This document shows, in pieces, positions 30,163 to 46,732 of a stretch of 64,000 nt of DNA. The stretch covers positions 134,168,001 to 134,232,000 of the forward strand of contig OZ024740.1 in NCBI GenBank assembly GCA_964016885.1, given 5' to 3'. Origin of the DNA: Eledone cirrhosa (taxonomy: Eukaryota). A program made the position numbers and the translations under genes. The notes under the pieces are model-generated. The model was not told the origin of the DNA. It worked only from the letters and a program-made list of their open reading frames with translations, and ran no database searches. The stretch's first letter is position 1, and each line of letters starts with the position of its first letter.

Positions 30163-30460
30163 TGGTGGCTGCCAACTCGTTTTCGAGTACGGCCACTACT
30201 TTATATCATGTAGGAGAACTCCTACCGTTGCGCTGAACGAGTGTGACTTTTTAGTCCAGCCAGCGACTTGAAAACTCTGGTACAAACACTACACTTGTGA
30301 CAATTACTGACACATAGTGCTGGGCCCATGGTACCATGTGACGACAAGTGCAGAGAGATCTCCAGATATAAAGCAATGCCTGTGCCGTGAAGCTTTTATA
30401 GTGAGCAAAGGCACTGCACAAAGCCAGTCCCACTCTCTTAACCAAGATGATATTTACCAA
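30163..30460. repeat. Dispersed repeat of about 300 bp in (CATA)n, paralogous to 63671-64000
   Basis: Near-identical to 63671-63968. Both copies begin immediately after (CATA)n and contain several short hairpins. Confidence 0.9.
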
Positions 30461-30494
<34 letters not shown>

Positions 30495-30719
30495 CATACA
30501 TACATACATACATACATACATACATACATTCCTTTATTTCATATTTTTTCGTGACCTGGAATTATGTCCTCGTTACTTTAAGCTGTTCCTGAGATTTCAA
30601 ATAGATTATTGTCGAGTGTTAAGATATCGTGGACTATCTTTAACAGTACGGATGGTTGTGTAATTTCCTAAACGCACACATGCACAGGTACACACGTCGG
30701 TATAGAAAGATAGATAGAT

Positions 30720-30783
<64 letters not shown>

Positions 30784-31905
30784 GTGACAGTATATACGTA
30801 TTTGTGTATTCCAATTATACATATATTTATTTAATCTATCAGGTCCAGTGTATACTTTCAGCAATTCCCAATGCAGTACTTCGTTAGTCTAACAAATCAA
30901 CACCATCATCCTTATCATCTTCACTATCCTCATCATCATCACCATCATCACCATAATCACCATCCCCACAATCATCGTCGTCACCATTAACATCGTAGTG
31001 TTCGTTCTCAACATCACCATCTTCATATTGCAATCAATAATCAATCAAGGATTTGTATAGGTTTTTCAGATTCAGTTTCCATTTAGTTTTTAGTAAATGT
31101 TTTGTTTTTGTATTTGCTTTCAGAAGCTACTTTATAGATTGCTATGTTATATACTTTATAGCAAATAACAAATATGTGTGTAGTGCGCACGCGCGCGTGT
31201 CTTAGTGTTTTTATATGTTCGTGTGTGGTTATATGTGTGTATGTGTGTGTACGTATTTGGAGCGGTGTATTTTCTCTGATTTTCTTTTTTATCGTGTGAT
31301 GTCTGCTTCTGGTCTTGTACATTCTTTGTCAACGTCAGCAAAATCAGTTGGCGGCCATATTAAGACTGGCACAAATTAACTGTGTTATATCGAGCGCCTT
31401 ACTTCTTCAGCCAAATGTCTTCATTGATTTCGGCAATAAGAATTTTCCAACGCTTTTATAGTTGTTGTGCTTCTTTCTTTTTTATTTTATTTTTCCTTTT
31501 TTTAAAGTGAATTTTTGTTTTATTTATGTTATGTTATGAATGTTTGTTTTTATTATTGTTATTCTTTTACTGTTTGAAATTATTGTGCTTTTATTTTTGT
31601 TGTTGCCGCTAGGTTATTTTTCTTTTCTATAACAGACACAGAATTAACATTGCTGCCACCAACTTGTTACAACCAAACGATAATCAATGGCTTATCAATC
31701 ATAGACAAGTTTAGTTAACAAGCACACATGCAGACAACACATATACACACATTCAGTGACAGACAGACGGAAACACAAGCGCAAACACATACACATAAAT
31801 ATATGTGAGTATATATATATATATATACTCACATATAGTGAGAGAAAGAGAGAGTGTCAGAGGGTGAGACAGAGAAAATATGCCATCGCACACGCACACT
31901 CCCAA

Positions 31906-31942
<37 letters not shown>

Positions 31943-32069
31943 TGTGTGTGTAGCTGATTTGGTGAGGGAGATTTAACTGCTATTTCTAGCAGTACAGTGG
32001 CTATGTTGACGCTGAAATGTTTTTGCTTTTGTTGTTTTTTTGTGTGTGTGAAAAGCTGTATATATGTAA

Positions 32070-32200
32070 TTGCACGTGGCAAAGGGGTTAGTGTGTGTCT
32101 CTCACGCTCGTATTATCATAAGTTCGATTCCGGCAGTTTCCAATATGTGCGGTGTGTCATTCAACAAGGCATGTAATTTCCCATTTCCCCAGTACACCGT
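32070..32200 (+). mobile_element. Decayed tRNA-derived SINE (second family)
   Basis: A-box-like gtggcaaaggggttag and B-box agttcgattcc, followed by a gtgtcattcaacaaggca core-like segment. Confidence 0.5.
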
Positions 32201-32649
32201 TTGCCAAAATTGAGTTTCACCTATAACTCAAAGTGACAAATTTGTCACTCACTGCACTACGTTGAATCGCCCTGGGAAATACATTAAGAACACACCTGTT
32301 CGTCGAATAATAAGCCACTTCCAGGCTCTTTCGTTGATCGAATCGACTGGAACACTCATCGTCAGATCCGACGGAGGCCCAGCATATATTGTATGTGTGT
32401 ATATATGTATAGTCTGTTCATTGGTTCTTAGTAATGAAAAGTAAGTTAAGATTGTTAAATAGTCAATTCAATGTTGATTAAATTCATTAAATGTATCGAT
32501 ACATGAATGAATCAATATCCATTATCTCGCAGGAATACAAAGTTACAGATACATACCTGTGTTGATAAATATATATATGTGTGTGTTTGTGTGTGTGTGC
32601 GAGCGTATGTGCGTATGTGCGTGTGTGTGTGTAGATGTGTGCGTGTGAG

Positions 32650-32683
<34 letters not shown>

Positions 32684-32767
32684 CGTATGTTTCTGTGCGT
32701 ATTTGTGTGCATGTAAGTATATATGTGTAGATATGCATGTACGTATATGTTTGTATGTATATATATA

Positions 32768-32840
<73 letters not shown>

Positions 32841-33389
32841 GCGTGCGTGTGTGCGTGTGCGTGTGTGTGCGTGTGTGTGCGTGTGTGTGTGTGCGTGTGT
32901 GTGCGTGTGTGTGTGTAATATTGGGTATAGACCGAAGTTGTAGCCGCAATATTATGTTAAAATACAATGGAGAAAAACATTATTTTATTTTGTTTTATTT
33001 ATCATTTACGCTACCGATTTGTACCGGCTTTTGGAAAGTTATCGGTCTTTTACTACACACTACACACGCACACACACACGCACACACACACACCAACACA
33101 GACACTTTTTTTAAAAGTCGGTACAATGTGCTAGAAAAATACGAAGGTTAAATGATAACAAGTAAAACAAAACAAAGTAATGTTTTATACAGTGTATTTT
33201 AAGATAATATTTCAGGGCTATAATGCTATTTTCAAATGTGGAGCTGAATTATTTCAAAACATAATATACGATCGATGTATTCTTCAGTAACTAGCCTACG
33301 TGTCTGTAATACACATGCGTGGTGTCGTGTTGTGATAGTAACCAGATTTCGTTTTAACTACACTGCTGTATATATATGTATATGTATAT

Positions 33390-34803
<1,414 letters not shown>

Positions 34804-34913
34804 ATATAGAGAGAGAGATTTTGAGTATATGTTCGTTGTATACCGACACCTCAGTATGCAGATTGGAGCACTCGACGAAGTGCGCAGGTTGGTTTGGTTA
34901 CTCCGGAGTAATG

Positions 34914-35120
34914 TAAAATAAAATAAAATGAATAAGTCAAATGTTTAAAATTTAGCTTTGTTTATTACTGCTATATATATTTCGGTGACAGCCATCTTTG
35001 GTTGTGATTTCTTCAGGCATGAAGAGATCACAACCAAAGATGGCTGTCACCGAAATATATATAGCAGTAATAAACGAAGCTAAATTTTAAACATTTGACT
35101 TATTTATTTTATTTATTTTA
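34914..35120. repeat. Near-perfect palindrome of about 207 bp centred at about 35017 on a hammerhead core
   Basis: The arms are reverse-complementary. The minus strand reads ugc-CUGAAGA...GAAA-UAUAUA-UA-gca. Confidence 0.88.
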
Positions 35121-35123
35121 ATT

Positions 35124-35224
<101 letters not shown>

Positions 35225-35861
35225 ATATGGAGAGATATTCATATATATAAATATATAAGAGAGTATTTGAAGTTTGCTTGAAGCATTGTAGAATAATAAG
35301 GTAAATTTCTTTAAGTCGTTTAGAAGTCTCGACAATGCAGATGGGTAAATCTCCGGGTAACAAGATCCGGTGGTGGAGAGAGAGATGTAAGTGGGTGTAC
35401 GTTGAGATGTGTGGCGTGTAGAAGAATGTAGGAAAGAGCGTAAAGGATAAAAATAAAAATAATAACACGAGATAGAGTTACCTTGGGAGAGATTTAATTA
35501 TCCCTATATATTTCGGATTCACATCCATCAACTGGGGGGATTTTCCGGGGGGGGGTTGTCTGTCGGAAAGGTGCGAAACGTGTCCTCCGCTGTTCGTTGT
35601 TTTGAATATCTGAGGTATTCAGCAGAGCGCGCGTGCGCGTGAAATGGGGTCGGTCAAGCAGAGGTCGGCGGCCGAAATAGTTCTCTCAATTGTGGGAGTG
35701 GGGTGGAGCTAGCTGTCAGTCCATAGTATTCTCTGCCTGTTTGGTGAATGTTACTGTGTGTGTGTGTGCGTGTGTTGTTGTCTCGCTTGAGTGTGTGTGT
35801 GCGTGTGTTGTTGCCTTGTTCGTCTGTATTGGCAGTGTAGTATGTTCGTATGGTGGAATGC

Positions 35862-35893
<32 letters not shown>

Positions 35894-36796
35894 TGCTGCA
35901 TCGTTTGTTTACTTAAACCAACCACCTCATTTCGCTTCTCTCGGATCGGTTGTTTGATTGTGGCCCTAGGCGTTTGATCCAAAGTGCTTCCGTGATGCGT
36001 AATGTGCCGACGTTTCTTTCTGTCGCTAGAATTGTGACAATGGCCTTCCGTCTATGTTTCCGCATTTGGCTATGTGTTTCCGGAAGGACGAGGGCCTGGT
36101 ATTAATGTGCTCCTTGATCCGGAAGTGCAGCAGCCGGATTGTGCTACCTATATAGTATTGGTTCTACTTGTTACATTCGATCTTATACACGACGTATGTG
36201 CGTAGGCAACAGTTCGCATGGCGCATCGGGCAGCCTCTGAGGGATCACGCGTCAGTTGATTTCCCGGGTTTCCTGGAGAGGCATCTTCGCAGGGTGGGGC
36301 CCGAATGGGCCAGGTGGATGTCGAGGCCCTCCCTCCGTATAGCCTTGCGGATAGCGTTTGTGGTATTCTCGCCCAGGTGTGGCATTTTAAGGAAGCACTT
36401 GCCTTGGGTCTCTTGTGTCTGGTGTCTCCTACTCTGTCTGTGAGCAAAATAGAGTACCCGTTCGTCTCCAGCACCTTGAGGAATCGCTTGGTATGTGTGA
36501 CACCACTCGCGGGATCGCTGTATCTGTTTTTGAGTCGCGCGATCTCGTTCGTGATGTATCCTCTTTTGGCATTGTTAGGGAGGGCGGACTTGTAGTGGAC
36601 GAACAGGTCCCCGCAGGCTGCCTTTCGGTAGAAGTTGCAGTGGATCTTCCCTGTTTCGTGATGTTGATTCGGAAGTCGAGAAGGGCAAGTGACCCGTCGT
36701 CGTTGGGGTGTTCAACACTGAAGTCAATGTTCTCGTCCGTGTTGTTGAACGTCTCATAGATTCTGTTCGTCATGTCTTGGGAAGATGTGAGGATGA

Positions 36797-36800
<4 letters not shown>
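35225..36800 (-). mobile_element. 5'-truncated Penelope-like element, related to 6423-8808
   Basis: ILILTSS...FSVEHPNDDGSLALLDF RT tail, then a GIY-YIG remnant (YIGSTIRLLHFRIKEH at about 36110-36155) and a long 3' pLTR. The 5' break is exactly at (TA)n. Confidence 0.85.
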
Positions 36801-36866
<66 letters not shown>

Positions 36867-37081
36867 TATGATGTGTGGTTTAGTAATGGATATAACTGAT
36901 CTGGTCATTTCGATTAGTAAATTATGAAATATTAAGGAAAGCACTCTACTCTTGATTGGATGATATAACTTGGCCATTGAAATATGTATAGTTTTTTATT
37001 TGCCACGATAAAACCTTAAAAGAATATTTCCAGTCCGGCCTTCTGCTTTTTTTTTACGTATATACAGTATATATATACACA

Positions 37082-39110
<2,029 letters not shown>

Positions 39111-39542
39111 GAGCTGTCAATCTACTGTGTGTAATATTTATATTACAACACAACGGAAAATACTGTATATATATACGCTAAATATATTACCAAACACTGT
39201 TAACTATATCATAATGTAATTTAATTTACATATGTTTCATTTTAACGGATCTCGTCTGAATTAAACAAGTTATGAATACCTCAACAGAATCATCTCGTCT
39301 AAAAGGATACCGTACCAGAGAACGCTTGGTTTATATTTTAAAGAAACGCACCGTCATGTATTTAATGTAAAATTCGCTCTACGTGTGAATAAACTTGTAC
39401 ATTGGGAATTCATATTTTTGTTAATGGTATGCAGTCTTGTATACAGTTTACTGTAATAAATATCGTATTCTGAGCTGATATAACTTTTTCACTTACATCT
39501 TTCCAGCTTTTATATTTGAAAACGTATTTCTCTCTCTTTCTC

Positions 39543-39640
<98 letters not shown>

Positions 39641-39669
39641 CTCAGCCGACAGGTAAAAGAGTAAAAGAG

Positions 39670-39725
<56 letters not shown>

Positions 39726-40094
39726 ACTGCTTACTTCTCTCAGTTCCTACCAGCCAACATTTTCTTCTATGCGCGTCACATTTTTTGTATTTGTATTCGT
39801 CTTCATGGGTCTAACTGATCTCCTTCATCGCACATTTATTCAACTTAAATTCTATATGTATTTGTAATTGCCATGTAATTTCATATCAATTTTGTTTTCG
39901 TCTCGTAAAATACTCCGAGGACAGCGTTTGTTTACTTTGTCAGTCACTATGACTTTGGGTAGACTAACAGTGTGGAAACTGTGTACGTCTATTTCGATGG
40001 TCGATGACCACGGAGGGTTTTACTAGCTACCACACAAAAACACATATACGCGTACGCACACACACACACACACACACACATACATATATATATA

Positions 40095-40597
40095 AGTTAA
40101 AAACAAAAAACAAAAACAATAACGAAGAGTGCAATACAAACAGTATTGGTATTAGGCTCACGCTTGAGAGTGGGGTGGGGGACGACGTTTCAGGCATAAG
40201 CCCTTCATCAGGAGAAAAGTGGGAAGGAGAGGAGTTCCGAGGATGTGAGGGCGGAGTGGTGGAAAGACATTAAGGGGGGGGGGGGGGTAAAAGGAAGGAA
40301 AAAAATAAAAATGATGGAAAAAAATTAAAATGAAACAAGTTGTGAAAGGGTGTGAGGCGTTTAGAGGTGGTGGTGGGTGGATGGAGGAGGGAGAGGAGAA
40401 AAGGAAACAGGGGTCCGAGCGGGGAGGGCAGAAAGTGGTGTGTGTGTATGTGTGTTTGTGCATGTGAGGATGTGAGTGTGAGAGTTTGGGGAAGAACGAG
40501 GCTCCATGTTCGAGTAACAGGAAAACCAGTGTGTACATGGGGTGGGGTGTAAGTCAGTGTATGTGTGTGCGTGTGGATGGAGAGGGGTCAAAGGGGT

Positions 40598-40600
<3 letters not shown>
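40095..40600 (-). mobile_element. Solo pseudo-LTR related to the element at 1-4963
   Basis: 40170-40590 aligns by eye with 1-420 (gacgtttc.ggcataagcccttc.tcagg.gaaaagtg; ggggtccgagcggggagggc). It is flanked by (TA)n. Confidence 0.85.
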
Positions 40601-40660
<60 letters not shown>

Positions 40661-40809
40661 AGTAAATCTTAACCATCTACCATGTCATGGTATGTCATGT
40701 ATCATTTTATGTTATCTGATGAGGACGTACTGTTCAACCTAATTCGGTACCTCTAAAATATAATTGATCACAAGAATATCTATTTTGTTAATATTTTGAA
40801 TTAATATAC

Positions 40810-40859
<50 letters not shown>

Positions 40860-40965
40860 TGAGGGCGGCTGACCGGGCTAGAAGCTGCTAAATGTTCGGC
40901 CGCCCTCCTGTCTCTGCTCTTCAGCCCCATGGGTTTTGTCTATTATATTCCTTTGTTAATTTCGA

Positions 40966-41023
40966 ATACCTGATGATGTTACCGGATTCATACTGAACCC
41001 GGCCACTGAAATGATCATTGTAT
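40966..41023 (+). ncRNA. Type I hammerhead ribozyme in a solo pLTR-like unit (about 40855-41214)
   Basis: AUAC-CUGAUGA-uguua-CCGG...CCGG-ccacu-GAAA-UGAUCA-UU-GUAU. Stem III is the palindrome AUGAUCAU, followed directly by AATAAA. Confidence 0.75.
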
Positions 41024-41211
41024 AATAAAGCTTTTAAGGAATTACACCAGTCCAACCTCCTGTTATTTTATAATAATTAACTCCTTACTCGCACCACCAA
41101 CAACACAAACGAAGACGGGTGAGTTGCATTGCGTCGAGTGCTCTCCCTAATATTACATCAAGGTTGACTATACGGAATGATCAGTTCTATCCAGTGGTGA
41201 ACCAACAAACC

Positions 41212-41265
<54 letters not shown>

Positions 41266-41270
41266 ATAGA

Positions 41271-41346
41271 ACTAGAACTGTTTCATTCGTGAGAAATCAT
41301 CAGGAAGAGCTTCCTGATGATTTCTGACGAATGAAACAGTTCTAGT
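41271..41346. repeat. 76-bp palindrome made of two back-to-back hammerhead cores
   Basis: actagaactgtttcattcgtgagaaatcatcag-gaag ag cttc-ctgatgatttctgacgaatgaaacagttctagt. Confidence 0.88.
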
Positions 41347-41519
41347 CCTGTAGAAACTTTTCTATATTAAACATTTATACTCTGCTGTGTATTGAGTACC
41401 GTACTTACTGTGGTTACCCCCGTTTGAACCCGGAATAATATATATATATATATTAGAAAGTGAGGGTTTTTTTTTACAAAATGAAAAATAACCGAAGTGC
41501 CCTACACGTGTGAAAGTAT

Positions 41520-41629
41520 AAAGAAAAAAAGATGGAATCGAAAATGCAACTGGAGTTTTTTAAATATATTTTTTAAATATATATTTTTTTTAAATAAGAC
41601 TACAGTTGCATTTTCGATTTCATCTTTTT

Positions 41630-41631
<2 letters not shown>
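41520..41631. repeat. Short inverted repeat
   Basis: aaagatggaatcgaaaatgcaactg pairs with cagttgcattttcgatttcatcttt. Confidence 0.75.
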
Positions 41632-41663
<32 letters not shown>

Positions 41664-41722
41664 ATTCCGGGTTCATGTGTGTGTATGTGTATGTGTGTGT
41701 CTGCGGTTGAGACCCTTCATTT

Positions 41723-41758
<36 letters not shown>

Positions 41759-43100
41759 CTTCCCCAACATTTCCTCATCCAACATATACCTAAAAATTGT
41801 TGATAATAGGAAGTCTAAATCGTTCAAAATTTGTACTCCTATTTTCTATAGCGAGTCATTTGTGTATTTTTATACATAATGCAAATATCTTCATCATTAT
41901 ATGTTTTGGATCAGCGAAATCGAAATCGGTTACACAAACTAAGATAGTTATTGGAAATACGATCACGTTACTGTTGCGGCTGCTGTTGGATGTCCGTTGG
42001 TTCTTTAGAACATCTAGATACAAAGCATCCTTGTATTCGGAAAATTGTAGTTTCTGTAAACAACATTGACTTGGTGGCTTGATAGATCATTTTACTCTTA
42101 GTTTTTCTTATCGAAATCTTAGTATTTTCTGTAGGAGTGAATCAAATCGAAATATTTACTAATGGTATTCAGCTTGATTGATAGATATTTTCCCTGTTGT
42201 TGTTTATTTTATTTTTTTGTTTTTTTTTTTGTTTTTATTGGTTTTTTTTTTTTGTTTTTATTGTTTTTTACATTGCGTATTTTTTAGCAGCGTATGTGAG
42301 GTGTATGCTGGTTATGTTTTGAGGTTTGAATACGTGTATTGAATCAAAGAAAAGAATATATGTGTTACTAATGACTAGAACGGGTATGTCTATTATATTA
42401 AAGGCATGCATACGAAGGTATATGTGACGCTATTCATCTTTAGTTAAGCATTCTTCTGCTTTAAAATTCAAACAATTTTTCAAAGTTCTGTAGAATTGGC
42501 AATATTCATATAAAGGTTGAAGATGTTAGTGGCTGCTGTAAATCCTTCGGGCCCTTGGTGAGTTTTATGTATAGGTCTTTTTTCTTTTTCATTTCTGGGG
42601 CCACTGAGGTTGCTGAATTTTGAAATTTCCCTACAGATTTTCTGGTATCTGATAGATGAAAGCGGTCGAGGTTGTGAACTATTATGCTAATAGACCGTAG
42701 CACACCTTCTGCAAAATACCGAAATAAACTGTACTTGTCGATGGCTGTCCTAGGGCTGTTCTAACTAATAAATATATTATAAAATATACTTCTTGCGTTT
42801 TGTTTTCCTTTCTTTCTGATGGAAGATATTTGACAAGTGAATTTCCTTACTGATAGTGTGTGAATATGTGATTTGATTTGGATGTATGTGGCATGAGGCG
42901 TGACGTGGTGGTTGTTGGAGAAAAAATAACATTGTTTAAATAATTCATAGTCCATGAATTTTTTTCTTTTTATTATTCACTGTCACAGAGAATTATGTCC
43001 CGTTTGTTTTGTGTTTGCATTCATTGAAAAGTTTGAATCACATCTCATATGTGGGGGCGGGCTTGTGTGCGCATATGGGTGTGCATGTGTGCATGTGTGC

Positions 43101-43131
<31 letters not shown>

Positions 43132-43671
43132 CGCGCGCGCGTGTATATATATATTCACATGCACACACACTTACGCACACAAATGTGAAACTCATAAGTC
43201 TTTGCGTTATTGGATTTCTGTGTTCGTCTTGTGTATCTTAAAGTATATATATATATATATATTCCAATACTGGAATTGAATAATCACAACCGTAGCGGTA
43301 TGTCACATATCAAATCTTATATTTTGTCTGATGAAAACGTACTTAAACACCATTGTACCTTTGAAACATGAATAATAAAATATATATTTTGATTATGAGA
43401 ATATTTTTCATTTATTAACATTTTGAATAATATTAAATACTCCAGGAAAATCTCCTGTGTCGATTGCTTCTAATCTATTGTAAATTGTATTCGTTGATTA
43501 ATCAACGAACCATATTAATCTTTGGTTATATATATAGAGAGAGAGTGAGAGGGATAGAGAGAGAACCCAAATGCAGCCCCGGACTCATATACATACACAC
43601 AACCCTCGCCACACTCACACAGATATTTATGAATTATATATATATTATATTATATTATATTATATTATAAT

Positions 43672-43930
43672 ATCTGAGTTCAAATCCCGCCGAGGTTAAC
43701 TTTGCCTTTAATCCTTACGGGGTCGATAAAATAAAGTACCAGTAATGTACTGGATAATTGCTGGCCTTGTGCCAAAAGTAAAAACAATTATATTATATTA
43801 TATTATATTATGTCAGCATGTGTATAGTTAAACTTATGTTTAAGTTAACCTAGGCGGAATTTGAGCTCAGAAATTAAAGGGCTGTAACTATATACTGCAA
43901 AGCATGTTGTTCAACGCTCTACCGATTATC
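43672..43930. mobile_element. tRNA-derived SINE split into a plus-strand 3' part (43672-43790) and an inverted 5' part (about 43840-43930)
   Basis: Matches the SINE at 60563-60808 (gagttcaaatcccgccgagg...ggggtcgataaaataaagtaccag). The second part is the reverse complement of the SINE head. Confidence 0.8.
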
Positions 43931-44400
43931 ACCCTGCAAATAATAATAGCCGGATCTCTCTCAAATCCTCTTTAAAAAAGGTCTGATAAAATAATGTTAT
44001 CCTGTGTTACCATGAAAAGGTAGAATCTTCAAGGATGTATACTTGTAATCATTGGTAAACTCGATTAAGTTTGAACTGGAGTTAAACCATGGCAAATTTA
44101 CAAAGATGTTATGGTCACGCCTGGGACGTCTTTCACCTATCATATCATATCAGAAATGACCTGGACTTAAATGACAACAATGATTAACTTTCGTCTTTGG
44201 TCAGATGAACAGTATAGCAATATGAAAAATAAATTCATTGTGTGTCGGACCAAGAATATGAAACTGTATACGCATTATTACAAAAAGAATGCTGAAAATA
44301 GACATCTGAAATACATAGTAATGGCAAGTTATATATATTAAATATGTACGTGTGTATATGTATGCGTACTTTACTAGATATTTCTATTTGTGTGCATGTG

Positions 44401-44432
<32 letters not shown>

Positions 44433-44826
44433 CATATGAATATATATTATATATATTCGACACTTACAAGCACACATACATATGTAGATACATGCACAGA
44501 CATATATATTTGCGTGTGGGCATGTGTATCTGTGTGTGCCCATTTTATATATACGTATAGGTGTAAATACATACATGCACACATATGTTCATTCATATAT
44601 GCATGCGTACACCACGCACATACATATGTAGATAAGTGCGCACGTACATACATACAAATATATACACATACATACATACATACATACATACATACATACA
44701 TACATACATACATACATACATACATACATACATACTACATACATACATACATAAAAGGTTATAAAATGAGAAATGGTAACTTTCGGTTTCGGGTCGAAGG
44801 AGGGCATTGCTGAAATCAGTTCTTAC

Positions 44827-44859
44827 GCCAGCCAGTGTCAACAGTATTGTTGGACTTTA
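44827..44859 (-). other. Candidate 33-nt microexon (xKSNNTVDTGW)
   Basis: Minus-strand acceptor ctctttgcag and donor gtaaga. Only one frame is open, phase 1-1. Confidence 0.22.
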
Positions 44860-45210
44860 CTGCAAAGAGATAATTCTTACTAACGAGAATTAAATCTGTT
44901 CATTGTCAGAAGTATTATAAATGAGCTGTTAATTGGGCAGCGCGACGGACTTAAAGTGGGGTGTCAGTATAGTGGATTATTGATTTAGTAAATCAAATGT
45001 GAAAGGTTAACTATTGCTTTCATATTTGAAAGATACATCTGAGATCAGATCAGATCAGATCAGATCAGATCAAATCTGAGCAGTGGAATAATAATGACTG
45101 GTTGGAACGAATACGTCGCCTTTTTCAACAAACAATCTATTTCAATTTGCTAAATATAGATTATTTATATGTGTATGTATGTATGTATGGAAGTATATAC
45201 ACATACTCAC

Positions 45211-45248
<38 letters not shown>

Positions 45249-45867
45249 GAATAAAGTTAGTCCTTCATCAGTGATCTTCCAACCATCATTGGTATTTCAT
45301 CGCTTTAAAGACCATATACCTCCGGTTGGTGCGAGCAACGGCTAAAAAAAGTCGTTGGGACACGTAAATAAAGGGGACAAGAGTGTAAACAACAAAAATG
45401 GTGAGCAACGAAAAGTGAGGAGGAAGAAGTCAAGTCCCAAATTTCTATGAATTTAAATTCGGTGAAATCGTGAACGAGTGAGAATAAAGACCATCAAACC
45501 TGGTTGGAATGTAAGCAAGGAAGGAATTCCGTACAAGTCTAACGGGAGGAAGAAGGGATCTAGTCTGTGATTTCGGTGAACGTGAGTTCTGTGAAATCGT
45601 AGACGAGAGAGAGAAAAAGAACGACCTGCTAGACCAAGAGTGCGAAAGAAAAGAATTACGCACAGGTCAAACAGGAAGAAGGAGGAGGAGGAGAGGTAGT
45701 AACAGAGAATGAGTGAGTGAAGGGTGAGGAAGAGGCTAACAGAGAGAATGACTGCTAGAGAGGGTAAAGATACAGAGAAAGAGGAGGCGGTAAGAACGAA
45801 ATAGACGTGTAACAGCGGGGAAAAAAATATGTGTAAATATGAAAATAAACGTGCTGCGGCGTATATA

Positions 45868-46457
45868 TCTGTATATATATAAATATGAAAATTTCTGTGT
45901 ATATTCGTGTATGTGTATATGTGTGTCGAGCTTTTTTAATGAGAGCTCATATATTCTAAACCATTCATACGATTTCTTTGAAATTTTTTACAGAGATTCT
46001 TCTTGCACAACACCTGTACCTGATCTACAAAGGCTTTCAAAAATCGAAATTGGGGCCTTTGGAGACATTTAAAAAGTTTCGGTTATTTGTGTGGATTTTC
46101 GTGTTTAAGTAACACAAGAGTTATGTTTCCTAATCAAGAGTTATCTTTCGTAATTAGCATCAGTCGGGTTTCATTTACTCGTTCTACTTGAAACAAAGAT
46201 AATAACAATATCATTTCGTATATTTCACAACCAGCAATCTATAACCTTCTACTTGAAACAAAGATAACTTCACAACCAGCAATTTATACTACTTGAAACA
46301 AAGATAATAACAATATCATTTCGCTGGAATAGTGCCTAAGGTTTTCATGTTTACATAAAGTACGTTTTTCTTCTATGTATTCAAATTTACTTTGTTTAGT
46401 TTAATGAGCTACATCGAAAGCTACATGAACCGTCCAAAGGACGAGTAGTTTAGCTAG
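45868..46457 (+). mobile_element. Non-autonomous Helitron-like element
   Basis: It starts A|TC followed by tgtatatatataaa, has a subterminal hairpin cgtcc-aaa-ggacg (46431-46443) and ends CTAG|T. Short tandem duplications lie at 46185-46325. Confidence 0.7.
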
Positions 46458-46622
46458 TATATATATATATATATATATATACACTAGCATTAGAAATGCG
46501 CAACCGGTAAAAACTTAAAACTAAAACTGAATACTAACCAATACTTATTACTAATTTTTACTTATTCCTAATTAAACTATTTTTCACTGGGAACAATTTG
46601 TCAGCATTTTCTTTTCCTTTTA

Positions 46623-46713
<91 letters not shown>

Positions 46714-46732
46714 TAAGGGTTTCATGATTTAG

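Noticed and set aside
30163-30245. HDV-like ribozyme call
   Set aside because: P1- and P2-like pairings exist, but there are too few bases for P3/L3 and no convincing P1.1. It is kept only as a structured leader.
32940-33220. MITE with terminal inverted repeats
   Set aside because: The inverted similarity is real but heavily diverged, with no definable termini or TSD.
42480-42960. Possible host exon or LINE ORF1 remnant
   Set aside because: The ORFs are short with no recognisable motif. Strand composition hints at an old retroelement, but I cannot support a call.
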